Virus record (IMG/VR): IMGVR_UViG_3300021285_000001
Source: a virus
DNA: 62,061 nucleotides
Direction: 5' to 3' (one strand)
Part shown: one piece after another, positions 49,881 through 59,506 of the stretch
Layout of the letters: each line of letters begins with the position of its first letter
Position numbering within the stretch: position 1 is the stretch's first letter
Notes under the pieces: model-generated
What the model was told of the DNA's origin: nothing
Database searches by the model: none
The model's input: only the letters and a program-made list of their open reading frames with translations
Position numbers and translations under genes: made by a program

Positions 49881-50321
49881 TCATTTAGTTTCTAATTCCG
49901 AGAAAATCCGCGCGACCTTCGGTCTTGCCGTTTCGATGACTTTCTCTTTGTATGGTCTGGGTGCAATTTTGCCGCCTGGCGTTCCTTCGTCGAGTAGTTT
50001 GGCGTATGGGACGTCTGAATAAATCCCTGCCGTGTACTCTCCGGTCTTCGTACCTACGGCGCTGATGCCCCACGACATTCGGAGCATTCCCGTTCTGACC
50101 GCTGGCGGCTCTCCGGGTGCCGATGCCGTATAGGTTGCTCTTGTGCCGGGCTTTCTGTAGGTGCGTCCGCTCCTTTGCCCGCGCAGGACATTGAGGGCGG
50201 CGTTTCGCAGTTCGTTGGCTGCCCGCACAGCGCAGGATTTTGCCTTTGTGTCGGTCTCCTTTACGGTCTGCTGAATGCGCCGCTGCACTTCCGCCTCGAT
50301 GTTAGTCCAGTTGATTTCCAT
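49881..50321 (-). CDS. HK97 gp10-family tail component
   Basis: GEPPAVRTGMLRMSW and PYAKLLDEGT are family hallmarks. The start is either MEINW (11 nt after the RBS) or MHTM. Confidence 0.65.
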   Translation of the reverse strand: MEINWTNIEAEVQRRIQQTVKETDTKAKSCAVRAANELRNAALNVLRGQRSGRTYRKPGTRATYTASAPGEPPAVRTGMLRMSWGISAVGTKTGEYTAGIYSDVPYAKLLDEGTPGGKIAPRPYKEKVIETARPKVARIFSELETK

Positions 50322-50673
50322 CGTGTGCATCGCTCCTTTCCTCGCAGTAGTAAAGCGTCCAGATGTTCTGTTCGCCCGGATTATCCACGCCCTGAACGTA
50401 AAACGCACGATTTCCCATGATGAGGCGGTCTCCGGCTTTCGCCTTCGGCGCTCCTTCATGGCTTATAACGTGGGTGATCGGGTGTTCCATCTGGTGATAC
50501 TTTAGCTGCTGCTCCGGTGTCGCTCCGCACAGGGTGGCGTGGATGTCTATCGGCGGCTTGCTCGCGTAGTCCTCCTTGACGCGCCCTCTGCTGGTGGTGG
50601 TTTCCTCCTTGACCTCGACCGTGAAATCTTTCCAGAGACCTTCTGGTCTGTGGTATCCGGGTCTATGGTACAA
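50302..50673 (-). CDS. Putative head closure / head-tail adaptor protein
   Basis: TTG start 8 nt after AAGGAGG; size and position fit. Confidence 0.45.
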   Translation of the reverse strand: MYHRPGYHRPEGLWKDFTVEVKEETTTSRGRVKEDYASKPPIDIHATLCGATPEQQLKYHQMEHPITHVISHEGAPKAKAGDRLIMGNRAFYVQGVDNPGEQNIWTLYYCEERSDAHDGNQLD

Positions 50674-51100
50674 GGTGTCCGCCTCCTTTCTTCTCCGTTC
50701 CTCCTGCGTTTGGGTTATTGTGTATGCCCTCGTAGAAGTAATGGTCGCCGTTTATGGCTGCCGCGTTCGCACTCGGAACGGTGCAGCCTGCGATTTCGGC
50801 TTTGAGCTGGTCGTACATCGCTTTCCAGTCCTCGTAGCGTTGCCGCAAGGATAGGGTCATGGGTCCGACCTTTTCGTCCACCTCGAACGAAAAACGGCGC
50901 ATGATGCTCTCAACGAGCGCCAGCTTCGCTTTGCGCCATTTGTTGGGGTAAGCATTCAGCACAGCCTCGTACTCCTCATCGGAGAGCGCGGCGGCTTGAC
51001 CTTCACCGCCGACCTCGGTGTCGCCGAGTTCAAAGCGCATCCGGTCTTTTCCGCGCTCCCCGATTTTGGTGGGGTCGTAGGAGTATGTGCCTCTTGCCAT
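50663..51100 (-). CDS. Putative head-tail connector protein
   Basis: Position after the capsid block. It ends in TAG, a genuine TAG terminator in this genome. Confidence 0.4.
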   Translation of the reverse strand: MARGTYSYDPTKIGERGKDRMRFELGDTEVGGEGQAAALSDEEYEAVLNAYPNKWRKAKLALVESIMRRFSFEVDEKVGPMTLSLRQRYEDWKAMYDQLKAEIAGCTVPSANAAAINGDHYFYEGIHNNPNAGGTEKKGGGHLVP

Positions 51101-51540
51101 TACTCCTCACCGCCCTTGTCGTCTTCGGGCTGAAGTTCTTCGACCCGTTTTCTGATCGCCTTCTTGACGTTCTGTGCTTTCGTGCAGGCGTCAATGATGA
51201 TCAGCGCGTCTTCGGAGGTGATCTCCGCTACCGCTGCCAGCAGGTCGTCGGTCTTCATCTGCAAGACTTCGACGGCTTTCACGATGTCCTCACGGCTCGC
51301 AGGAAGCCCCAGAACGCCGTTTTCGGTCTGAATGGGTAATTCTATCCCCTCGACCTCTTTCGTCGTTTTTTGGGCTAATTCTGCGCGGACAGCGGGGGCT
51401 TCGTCTGCTTTGGCGATAGTTCCGTTCCGCAAAAGGGCAGGAACGCGGGAAGGGAGAACGGCTTCAGCCGGAATAATGGATCCCGCCGTGTAGCCGATTC
51501 CGTTGAACACGGTGTTCTTCAGTGCAATGTAGCCGTTCAT
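51100..51540 (-). CDS. Hypothetical structural-module protein
   Basis: 146-aa ORF directly after the major capsid gene. Confidence 0.4.
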   Translation of the reverse strand: MNGYIALKNTVFNGIGYTAGSIIPAEAVLPSRVPALLRNGTIAKADEAPAVRAELAQKTTKEVEGIELPIQTENGVLGLPASREDIVKAVEVLQMKTDDLLAAVAEITSEDALIIIDACTKAQNVKKAIRKRVEELQPEDDKGGEE

Positions 51541-51553
51541 CTGTTCTCCCTCC

Positions 51554-52576
51554 TTATACGCAGTTCTTGAGGTAGATCGCGAGGTCGTCGCTGGTCTTCT
51601 TCATGTCGCTGGACATGAGACCTTCGATGAATTCGCTGTGGGTACCCTTTTCGCCTTCGTACTGGTCGAATGCGACGTGCTGACCGTTGCCCAGCATATC
51701 CCACGTGAAGATGTAGCCTGCGGACGGCTCATCAATTGCGGGGGCGTTGGTGGTGTAGCAAAGGAGAGCGCCTTTGGTGTCGCAGATGAATTCCATGTCT
51801 TCCGCCTGACCGAGACCGGCTGCGTTGTAGGTGCTTTCAAGCACAACGACTTCGTCCAGTCCGAAAAGCTGCGCCAGCACGTTGGTGTTGACGATAGCAG
51901 GGTTGGCGGTGCTGCCCATGTACTTCACGCGCTCGATGATGTCGCCGTGGTTGCGGAGGGCATTGTACGCCTCAATGCCGAGGGCGAGCTTATTCGGGGT
52001 GCGGCGACCGGACAGTTTGATGTCCTTCTTCCTCTCATCGAAGAAGTGAACGGGGTCAAAGTTGGCGTCGCTGAATTTCAGGAATTCCTTACCGCTGGGG
52101 CTGGACGCTTTGCCTTCCCACTCGTTAGCCCATACGCCGCTCTTGAAGAAGTTCTTCGCAAAGAGGACATCCTGATGCAGGAGCATCTGCTCGGAAGCGA
52201 AGCGCACCTTTGCTCTGCGGGGATCCGCTACGCCGGGGGCGTGAGAACGCTGGAAGTCGAGGGTGTTGATCTGGTCGATGCCGACGATGATCTGGTCGAC
52301 TTCGCACTTGTAGGTGTCGTCGGTCTGTCCCATTACGGCGGGCTGTACCTTGCCGAAGGCGGGCTTGCGGCTCACGTTGTCGCGGGCGAGGTCAGCCTTG
52401 CTGAATTTGTAGTAGTAGCTCGCGGACTGCGCTACCGGGCAGATCGGGAAGATTTTCGTTGCCACGAAATCCGCAGGGTTGGCGAAAAACGCCATTGACA
52501 GGTTGGTGAGGTAGTTGTTCGGCTTCCATCCTTTGGCGATGGCCGCCTGAATAGCTCCGTTGTTCTTGGTGTTCAT
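51554..52576 (-). CDS. Major capsid protein
   Basis: 340 aa, strong RBS, follows the decoration/scaffold genes; composition and synteny fit. Confidence 0.78.
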   Translation of the reverse strand: MNTKNNGAIQAAIAKGWKPNNYLTNLSMAFFANPADFVATKIFPICPVAQSASYYYKFSKADLARDNVSRKPAFGKVQPAVMGQTDDTYKCEVDQIIVGIDQINTLDFQRSHAPGVADPRRAKVRFASEQMLLHQDVLFAKNFFKSGVWANEWEGKASSPSGKEFLKFSDANFDPVHFFDERKKDIKLSGRRTPNKLALGIEAYNALRNHGDIIERVKYMGSTANPAIVNTNVLAQLFGLDEVVVLESTYNAAGLGQAEDMEFICDTKGALLCYTTNAPAIDEPSAGYIFTWDMLGNGQHVAFDQYEGEKGTHSEFIEGLMSSDMKKTSDDLAIYLKNCV

Positions 52577-52589
52577 TCGTTATTCCTCC

Positions 52590-53108
52590 TTATTCGGTCG
52601 CGTCGGCAGCGCATTTCCACTTGGACGATGCGTTGTCGTACTTGAGAATTTTGCCGTCCGCGATGTCCGTCAAGTCGACGTCAGCGATGTCGGACATGGA
52701 AACGGTCGGGCTGTCGTTGCTGGGCTTCATGCCCTTGCTGATCTGCACCGGGATGACCTCACCGGCAGCGGTCGCTGCTTTGAGGGCATAGCCGATGATG
52801 AATTTGCCAGCGGTGGCGGTCTTCGCCTTGCCGTTGGCGTCGGTCATAACTTCCGCGCCTGCGGCGATAGCGCCGGACGCGACCATGAGACCGATGTCCT
52901 TGATCTGGACGGTGATATCATCGCCAGCGGCTTTGTTGCCTTCCTCTGCAGGAAGGAGACCGAGCGCGGTTTCGCCTTCGGTGTCGCAGATGGCGATTTT
53001 GCCGTAGCTGTCAAACTTTACGGCGTAGAACGATTTGTCGGTCAAAGCTGCGGCGCTTTCGCCCACGATGACCGGGCTGTCGTTGATGGTAGTTCCGTAG
53101 TAATTCAT
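52590..53108 (-). CDS. DUF2190-like head decoration protein
   Basis: Gly/Ala-rich beta-type sequence (GAIAAGAEVMTDANGKAKTATAGKFIIGYAL) immediately upstream of the capsid gene. Confidence 0.6.
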   Translation of the reverse strand: MNYYGTTINDSPVIVGESAAALTDKSFYAVKFDSYGKIAICDTEGETALGLLPAEEGNKAAGDDITVQIKDIGLMVASGAIAAGAEVMTDANGKAKTATAGKFIIGYALKAATAAGEVIPVQISKGMKPSNDSPTVSMSDIADVDLTDIADGKILKYDNASSKWKCAADATE

Positions 53109-53119
53109 GGTTATCCTCC

Positions 53120-54064
53120 TTATCTGTTCTGCTCGTATTCTGCTACGAGGTCAGGGTGCTGTTCGCAGGCTTTTTCGATAGCCTGTGCGCGGGTCATGGT
53201 AGGCGCTGCCTTCATGATTTCGTCCGCGTGCTTCTCGATCTGATTCCATGCGTCGGGCTGGCCGCTTCTGGACGATCCGATCTCGTTGAACGCACCGGAC
53301 TTCTCAACGGAAGCGAGGGAAGCGTCAAGAACGCCGATCATGTCGTCGTAGGCGGTGCCGCCAGCGGCTTTGAGCGTTTTGAGGGTTTTTGCGAGTTCCT
53401 CCGGCTTTTTGCCGAGGATTTCGTACTTCTTCGCCACTTCGGTGAGTTCGCGCTCCTCTGCGGCGTCCGCTCTCTTGCGGAGTTCCTTCAGCTCTGCGGC
53501 TACGGCGGGGTGCAAGCCCTTATAAATGTCTTCGCCGCCTTCGTCGTCAGAAGCAGCGGGAGCAGCCTTTTCGGTGGGCTTGGGGTCGTCGTTCTTCTCG
53601 GTACCCTTGTTCACGTCATCAGCTGCGGGGGTGTTGTCGTCTTCCTGAACGCCCGCCTTCTTCTCGATTGCTTCGAGCTGCGCGAGTTCTTCAGGGGTGA
53701 GTTTGCTCTTGTCGATTTTCATGTCTGTATCGACTCCTTTCTTTGATTTGTTGGTTTCGTCGCCGGTGTCTCCTCCGGCAGGGTTATTGTCAGGGGCGGC
53801 TGGCTGCTGATCTTCCGCAGTTGGGTCGCCCGCAGGGGGTGTCGCACTTTCGTCTTCGGAAAAGCCGAGGGCTTTGCCGATGGCAAGCAGTACGCGCTTG
53901 ATGACACCCGCTTCCTTCTCGGTTACAGTGATCGCCGCGTCTTCCGATTTTTCGGTCGGTTTCTCCTCCGGCTTGCTTTTGAAGAGAAGAACATCGGCGC
54001 GTTTGTTGTCTCCTTCGGGAACGAATGCCACCTTTGTGATTTCCAGATTTTCGAGCCTCTGCAT
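53120..54064 (-). CDS. Scaffolding protein
   Basis: Acidic, helical, low-complexity 314-aa protein between the XkdF-like and decoration genes. Confidence 0.6.
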   Translation of the reverse strand: MQRLENLEITKVAFVPEGDNKRADVLLFKSKPEEKPTEKSEDAAITVTEKEAGVIKRVLLAIGKALGFSEDESATPPAGDPTAEDQQPAAPDNNPAGGDTGDETNKSKKGVDTDMKIDKSKLTPEELAQLEAIEKKAGVQEDDNTPAADDVNKGTEKNDDPKPTEKAAPAASDDEGGEDIYKGLHPAVAAELKELRKRADAAEERELTEVAKKYEILGKKPEELAKTLKTLKAAGGTAYDDMIGVLDASLASVEKSGAFNEIGSSRSGQPDAWNQIEKHADEIMKAAPTMTRAQAIEKACEQHPDLVAEYEQNR

Positions 54065-54129
54065 CGCGTTTTACCTCCTTTCTGCGGAATTTATAAACAA
54101 AGGCGGGGGAGAACGCCTCGGTTTAACTA

Positions 54130-54537
54130 TTAAAGTTCCACGCGGCTGGCGGTGCCTTCGATGGAGAACATGGTGTAGGTGCCGTCTTTGATTTTCTTCC
54201 AGACATCGGTGTCTGTGACTTCAAAGCCTACCCACCAGCCCTCCGGCATCACTCCGGCTGGAATTCCGAGGGCTTCTGCCTTCTCTTTGGTGAATACCAT
54301 ACTCTCAATCACGACGCCGATTCCTCCGCGCTCGTGGTTGTCGCTGCCCTCACGGTACAGCTTCACGAAGCGGTAGGCTGCCTTTTCGATTTCTGAAACG
54401 TCCACCACATCGCCGCTGTGGTCTACCAGTTGCTCTCCGTTTTTGGTTTTGCATTGGTAAGCCCAGCCGAAGGCGATCTGCTTATCCTCGTTCTGCTTTT
54501 GGATTTTGAATAATCCCTGAATAGTTCCTTGTTCCAT
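54130..54537 (-). CDS. XkdF-like putative prohead protease domain protein
   Basis: IAFGWAY...DHSGDVV...AAYRFV...HERGGIGVVIESMVFT pattern; position after the Mu-F-like gene. Confidence 0.55.
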   Translation of the reverse strand: MEQGTIQGLFKIQKQNEDKQIAFGWAYQCKTKNGEQLVDHSGDVVDVSEIEKAAYRFVKLYREGSDNHERGGIGVVIESMVFTKEKAEALGIPAGVMPEGWWVGFEVTDTDVWKKIKDGTYTMFSIEGTASRVEL

Positions 54538-54551
54538 GACGGTCTCCTTTC

Positions 54552-55520
54552 TTAATCGTCAGCCTCCACGTAGCACAGGGCGCATCTGCAGCGCGGGTGT
54601 GCCGGTGGTGTCTGCTTCTGCCCGTCGTATAATGACCTTCCGGCAAATTGGAAGGCGTCGCCGAGTTCGATTTCCTCTCCGTCAAGTGCGCCGCATATCG
54701 AGCAGACGCCCTCATCGGCTGCCGTACTCCATTTCGCTTTCATGCGAGGGAGAAGTCCTTCGTCTACGGCTTGGCGGACGGCATCGTCCGCGCCTTTGTT
54801 GTAGGCGTAGGCGAGTTCGGTCTCGGCTATCATCTGCGCCCGCTCGCGGTGCTGTCTGGCTGCGTAGCGGACGGCGGATTCCTTTGCGCGTTTGGCTGCC
54901 TGCTTTTCGGCGGTAGCCTCTTTCATGTCCGGATATTTTTCCATGAGGTGTTTTTTGAGCCGGTCCCGCGTCTGCTCGTAAAAGTGCAGGTTTGCGAGGG
55001 ACTGCGGCTCGTTCAGCCCTATGGTCGGTCTGATGATTCGGGCGAGTTCGTCAACGGTCATATTGCCGTTGGCGGTGTATTGTATCATTGTCGATACGGC
55101 TTCCTGTGCCTCCGCGCTCATCTGCGTTATCCATTCGGCTCCGTGGACGGTGATCCAGTTCTCTATGCCGGTGAGCATGGGCGTATAAACGTCCGCGCCT
55201 GCCAGCATAGCCGCCGCGAGGTCTTTTCCGCCTGCGGTGGTCGCGTTGATCAGGATGTCCTTCAGGTATTTGTTGAAAAACACAGCGTAATCCTGCCGCC
55301 AGTCCTTGAAGGTTTCCTCCGTGAGCGTTCCGCGTAGGATCGCCTCGCGCAGTTCCTTGTAGGTGATGGCTGCCTGCTGGTCTTTCCACGTCCGAACGAG
55401 AAAGCGCACGAGCTGCGGGTTTTTGGCATCTAAAAAGGAATTGAGGCGGTGAAGGGCTTCGTACTGCGCCCTTGACTTAACCTTTACCAGGTGATGTGGT
55501 TTGCGCTTTGACGCCGTCAT
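54552..55520 (-). CDS. Head morphogenesis protein (Mu F / SPP1 gp7 family)
   Basis: C-terminal CSICGALDGEEI...PPAHPRCRCALCYVE hallmark. Confidence 0.85.
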   Translation of the reverse strand: MTASKRKPHHLVKVKSRAQYEALHRLNSFLDAKNPQLVRFLVRTWKDQQAAITYKELREAILRGTLTEETFKDWRQDYAVFFNKYLKDILINATTAGGKDLAAAMLAGADVYTPMLTGIENWITVHGAEWITQMSAEAQEAVSTMIQYTANGNMTVDELARIIRPTIGLNEPQSLANLHFYEQTRDRLKKHLMEKYPDMKEATAEKQAAKRAKESAVRYAARQHRERAQMIAETELAYAYNKGADDAVRQAVDEGLLPRMKAKWSTAADEGVCSICGALDGEEIELGDAFQFAGRSLYDGQKQTPPAHPRCRCALCYVEADD

Positions 55521-57022
55521 CCGCCTCGCCTCCCCAGCCGTTTTCGAGCGGCTCTTGCTTTTTCGAGGTCGTCTTCATCTTCGTCCTCGGTGTCGTCCTC
55601 GCCATCTGTGGCTTCGTCTTCCTTATGGTCTTTCGGGTCGCCATGATAGGTGGTGGGGACTTTTGCTTCTCCGTCTGTGCTTATGTTGGCTGCCGGAGTA
55701 GCTCCTGCGTTCTGTTGCTGACCGTTCGTGTCGGTGCCTCCGTCGCTGGCGGAGGTGTCCTCGGCATCTTCCCACTCTCCGAGGCGTTCCGGCATTCCGG
55801 CTTGTTCGCGGACGAAATCTTCCACGCCTTCGTCCGGCAGGAGTGCGCCGCAGGTGATCATCTTGTGGATGAAGTCACCCAGCTTTTCGAGGTTTGCGTC
55901 CTCGACATCGCCGTGTACGAGGTAGGGGTAGTCGGTTATGCCTTTGAAGTGGTCGCCGTTGATGTCAATCAGCGCGGGGATCGCTTGGTTGTTGAAAACC
56001 TCGCAGATGATGTCGAGGTAGCTGCCGATTGCCATTGCAAACATTTTTGTTTTGTCACTCGAAAGTGCGAAACTGCCGACGTTCTGGTGTCCCAGAAGGA
56101 TGAAGTCCGCCATGCAGGTCATGGCGATTCGGCTATCGTATCTCTCGATGATGGTGCTGGTGTCAAACTGTCGCTGCCCGCCTGTGGACAGGAGTTTCAA
56201 TTCCCAGCCGTTCGGAACGACCAGCCCTTCGAGGCTGTCTCGGCGGATGTTCTGGACGATTCGCTCCGCTGCGGCTTTGGCTGCTTGCAGTTCGGGGTCT
56301 TCTTCGCTCCATATGTCGATTCCTTCCGGCGCGGTCAGGACAGGGAAACCTGCGAGGTCTCGCTCTATGCCGATGCCCTCAATCTCCTGAATTCTGCGCT
56401 TGAAGTACCAGTCGCGGTAGGCGTTGCGGAGAATGCTTCGCCCTTCGGGGTTTCCTTTTCGGCTCTTGGTCTTGAAAAGTAGCAGCTTCTCGATGGGGAT
56501 TGTTATCAATCCGAAGTCGGGAGGCGGATTCTGCACGATGCCGGTGATGTTGTCGTGGTCGTCGTATAGCCATTCGTAGAGCGTGTCTTGGCTTCTGATC
56601 GGGAGTTTCTGCCAGCCGATCAGCCCGTCTGTGTATTTGCTACGCAGGCGCGGGTCGTTCCGTTTTCCGCATCTGCGCTTGTAGACGATTTCGTGTGCGC
56701 TCCAGCCGTAGGTCAGGAACGAAAGGATTTCGCTGATGGTGTCGCTCCACGTGTCGCTCATGTCGTCCATGCACGAGAGGATGAAGTCTTTCGCTTCTTC
56801 GTCTGCCGGTGTGCTTCCACCCGGCTGAACGTCCCACGTCGCTTGGCGTATCAGCATTTCAATGGAGAATAGGATCGCACCGATTGTGTCGTCGTTCTCG
56901 CTCATCTCCTGAAAGACCGCCATTCCTTTGCGTCCTTGCAGTTCTTTGAGGAATTCCTCATAAAAAAAGCCGCCGTATCGCTTTTGACCGAGCCGTCCGA
57001 GTTCTTTTAGGCTGTTTGCCAT
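55517..57022 (-). CDS. Portal protein (Mu gp29/DUF935-like)
   Basis: Start MANSLKEL with an AAGGAGG RBS. The upstream 49 codons of the tracked ORF merely translate the heptamer array. Confidence 0.85.
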   Translation of the reverse strand: MANSLKELGRLGQKRYGGFFYEEFLKELQGRKGMAVFQEMSENDDTIGAILFSIEMLIRQATWDVQPGGSTPADEEAKDFILSCMDDMSDTWSDTISEILSFLTYGWSAHEIVYKRRCGKRNDPRLRSKYTDGLIGWQKLPIRSQDTLYEWLYDDHDNITGIVQNPPPDFGLITIPIEKLLLFKTKSRKGNPEGRSILRNAYRDWYFKRRIQEIEGIGIERDLAGFPVLTAPEGIDIWSEEDPELQAAKAAAERIVQNIRRDSLEGLVVPNGWELKLLSTGGQRQFDTSTIIERYDSRIAMTCMADFILLGHQNVGSFALSSDKTKMFAMAIGSYLDIICEVFNNQAIPALIDINGDHFKGITDYPYLVHGDVEDANLEKLGDFIHKMITCGALLPDEGVEDFVREQAGMPERLGEWEDAEDTSASDGGTDTNGQQQNAGATPAANISTDGEAKVPTTYHGDPKDHKEDEATDGEDDTEDEDEDDLEKARAARKRLGRRGG

Positions 57023-57083
57023 TCTGTTTCCTCCTTTCTTCGGGTTATCTATGCAAATGCACCCGGTCGGGGTGCGGTTTGCT

Positions 57084-57145
57084 GGTATGAGGTTTAGGGT
57101 ATATCGGTTTAAGGTATAGGGTTTAAGGTTTAAGGCAGTTTTTGT
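57084..57145 (+). repeat. Heptamer tandem array GGTWTRR x about 7, then GGCAGTTTTTGT (locus B)
   Basis: ggtatga ggtttag ggtatatc ggtttaa ggtatag ggtttaa ggtttaa ggcagtt. Lies between the terL stop and the portal start. Confidence 0.8.
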
Positions 57146-57200
57146 GTGGTGCTTTTTCTGTGCTTGCATAATGCTGGCACGGTGCTTGTATGATGTCGCC

Positions 57201-58700
57201 TTATCTTCCGCGCCAGTAGCTCTGTTTCGTCAGCGCCGTCGTGCTTGGCGGTGCTGACATCAGCGGTTTATCCATCAGGTATAAAATGCCTTGAACGAGG
57301 GCGTCCGTCGTGTCCTTGTAGGTGCCTTTCGGAAAAATCAAAAGGTCGCGGATCAAGTCGTTTACCCACGGGTGTGTCTTCGGGTCTGGGAAGTGAATGT
57401 TTCCCGCCTCGAAGTATGGGGTTACGCTGATTGCGCGTTCCTCTTTGCTTCCTTTCGGGTTGAATTCCACCATGCCGGGGATTTCTTTTTTCAAAAGGTC
57501 AACGATGGCGGGTCCGTTTGCTTTGTTCTCGACCACCTTCGCTCTGGCTCGCGGCCACTTGCCGGAAAGGGTGCGAACAGCCGCCACGCTCTCCGTGAAG
57601 GTCATCTTGTCGTTTTCAAGGTCTTTGATGTAAATGTCCGCGCCTTTGCGTCCCATGACGAAACCGGCGACCTTTGCGCTGCCTTCGCTCTTGGTGAACG
57701 CCATATCCCAGCTCTGTATGTCCTGCGTCTGCGGTGCTGCTCCGTCGCTGTAGAAGTTGTTCAGCCATTCCCGCTTGAATATGACGCCTTCTGCTGGTGC
57801 CGGTACCTGTTGGAATTGTCCGGCGTATTGCAGGCTGCCCATGCTCTTTTTCAGCCCTGCGAGGACTTCGCTGTCGAAGCGCTGGGGGTTTAATATGTCG
57901 CCCTCCTCGCGGACGATCTCCTTCTTGCTTATCGGGAAGGTTACGATTGTCCGCTGCGGTGCTTCGGCGGGGAGGCATAGGTGGGTGTATCCGAGGTCTT
58001 CCGACAGGATGTATCCGGTCAGATCGTTCTCGTGTAGCCTCTGCATTATGATGATGAACGCGCCGGTCTTCGGGTCGTTCAGTCGCGTCTGGAGCGTGTT
58101 TTTGAAGAAGTTAATGCTGTTTTGCCGCTCCGTCTCGCTGTTCGCCATCAGCGGGTTTTGCGGGTCGTCTATGATGATGACGTCGGCACCGTTACCGGTT
58201 ACCGCGCCGCCTACGCTGGTGGAGTACATCATGCCGTGGTGGTTGTTCTCGAATTCGTTTTGACGGTTGACGTCGTATTTGAGTTGGAAGCGGTCGCCCC
58301 ATTGCTCTTGGTACCACGGGCTGTCGATTATGTCTCTTGATAGGATGTTGTGCTTGCGGGACAGGCTGTCGCTGTAACTTACCTTGATGAAGCGCTTCTC
58401 TGGGTGCTTCGTCCATGTCCATACGGGGTAGCACACGGTCGCCTCGATGGACTTCATGTGTCGGGGTGGGATGTTAATGATCAGGCGGCGGATTTCGCCG
58501 TCGTTGACTGCCTGCAGGTGTTCCGCGATCAGCGCGATGTGCCAGTTGTCGACGTAGGTCGTGCCTGGCTCTATGACCTTCCACGCTTGCTTGATGAAAT
58601 CGTCAAGGCTTCGCTCCGCCTTTTCTCTCATCACGGCTTTGTGGAGGGCGTCGGCATCAAACGCCGGGCTTTGAATGTACTTTGCCCAGTAGCTGTTCAA
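57201..58700 (-). CDS. Terminase large subunit
   Basis: ATPase region (RRLIINIPPRHMKS, ADVIIIDDPQNP) and a C-terminal nuclease half. TTG start, overlapping the small-subunit ORF. Confidence 0.9.
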   Translation of the reverse strand: MNSYWAKYIQSPAFDADALHKAVMREKAERSLDDFIKQAWKVIEPGTTYVDNWHIALIAEHLQAVNDGEIRRLIINIPPRHMKSIEATVCYPVWTWTKHPEKRFIKVSYSDSLSRKHNILSRDIIDSPWYQEQWGDRFQLKYDVNRQNEFENNHHGMMYSTSVGGAVTGNGADVIIIDDPQNPLMANSETERQNSINFFKNTLQTRLNDPKTGAFIIIMQRLHENDLTGYILSEDLGYTHLCLPAEAPQRTIVTFPISKKEIVREEGDILNPQRFDSEVLAGLKKSMGSLQYAGQFQQVPAPAEGVIFKREWLNNFYSDGAAPQTQDIQSWDMAFTKSEGSAKVAGFVMGRKGADIYIKDLENDKMTFTESVAAVRTLSGKWPRARAKVVENKANGPAIVDLLKKEIPGMVEFNPKGSKEERAISVTPYFEAGNIHFPDPKTHPWVNDLIRDLLIFPKGTYKDTTDALVQGILYLMDKPLMSAPPSTTALTKQSYWRGR

Positions 58701-59361
58701 GTTGTGTCAGCTCCTCATCGGAAAGGTCGGACAGGTCGTGTTCCGTCTGGACGGAAACCTTCACCGTTCCTTTGTGGGCGAGCGTTCCGCTCACGTTCTG
58801 GTTTTCGGTGCTTTCGCCTCTGCTTAACCTCTCGATTTTCACCCCGACGTCCGCCAGCCTTATGAGGTCGCCAGCGGAGATTTCTTCCTCCGGTATCTTC
58901 AGGAGGCGCGATGTGGCTTTCCTGATCATCTGCGCTCCGAGTAGGGCGTGGTCTTCGGTCATCTTAATGATGGCGCTCTCGTGTGCTTGCCTGATGCGCT
59001 TTTCAAGGTCGAGGTCGTATGCCTCGCACCGTGCGCCCCAGTCGAATTTCACCGATAGTTCTTCGAGCGGTCGCTTGCTTTTCAGTTCCAGCTCGTTGGC
59101 GAGTTTCTGCAGGCTTCGCTTCTTGATCTTCCTGCCGTATTGCGGTATGCCTTTGCTGTCGGATGTCTCCGGCTTGCCGTCATACGCCATGTCGCGGTAG
59201 AGGCAGAATTTTGTGTATTGGTCTGCGCTCTCGTTCGGCAGCTGCTCCCAGATGTCCTCCGGCATCTCCCGCTCCGGTTTCTTCGCCGGTGGCTTCTTCT
59301 TCGGTGCCGGTTTCTTCTTGGCGCTGGTGGCAGGCTTCTTTTTCTGTGTGCTTGCTGCCAT
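58657..59361 (-). CDS. Putative terminase small subunit
   Basis: Lys-rich N-terminus, helical body, immediately upstream of terL. Assigned by position. Confidence 0.5.
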   Translation of the reverse strand: MAASTQKKKPATSAKKKPAPKKKPPAKKPEREMPEDIWEQLPNESADQYTKFCLYRDMAYDGKPETSDSKGIPQYGRKIKKRSLQKLANELELKSKRPLEELSVKFDWGARCEAYDLDLEKRIRQAHESAIIKMTEDHALLGAQMIRKATSRLLKIPEEEISAGDLIRLADVGVKIERLSRGESTENQNVSGTLAHKGTVKVSVQTEHDLSDLSDEELTQLEQLLGKVHSKPGV

Positions 59362-59506
59362 GTCGTGTCCTCCTTTCCTGATTTTTGGGTATAAGAAAAG
59401 GCAGACCGTTTCCAGCCTGCCCTTTAATGGGTTATTCGGTTAAGTAGTCGCCGGATCGCTTTCGCCATTCGGCGCAGCGCCCGCTTCGCGGCCACTATGA
59501 AGGCTA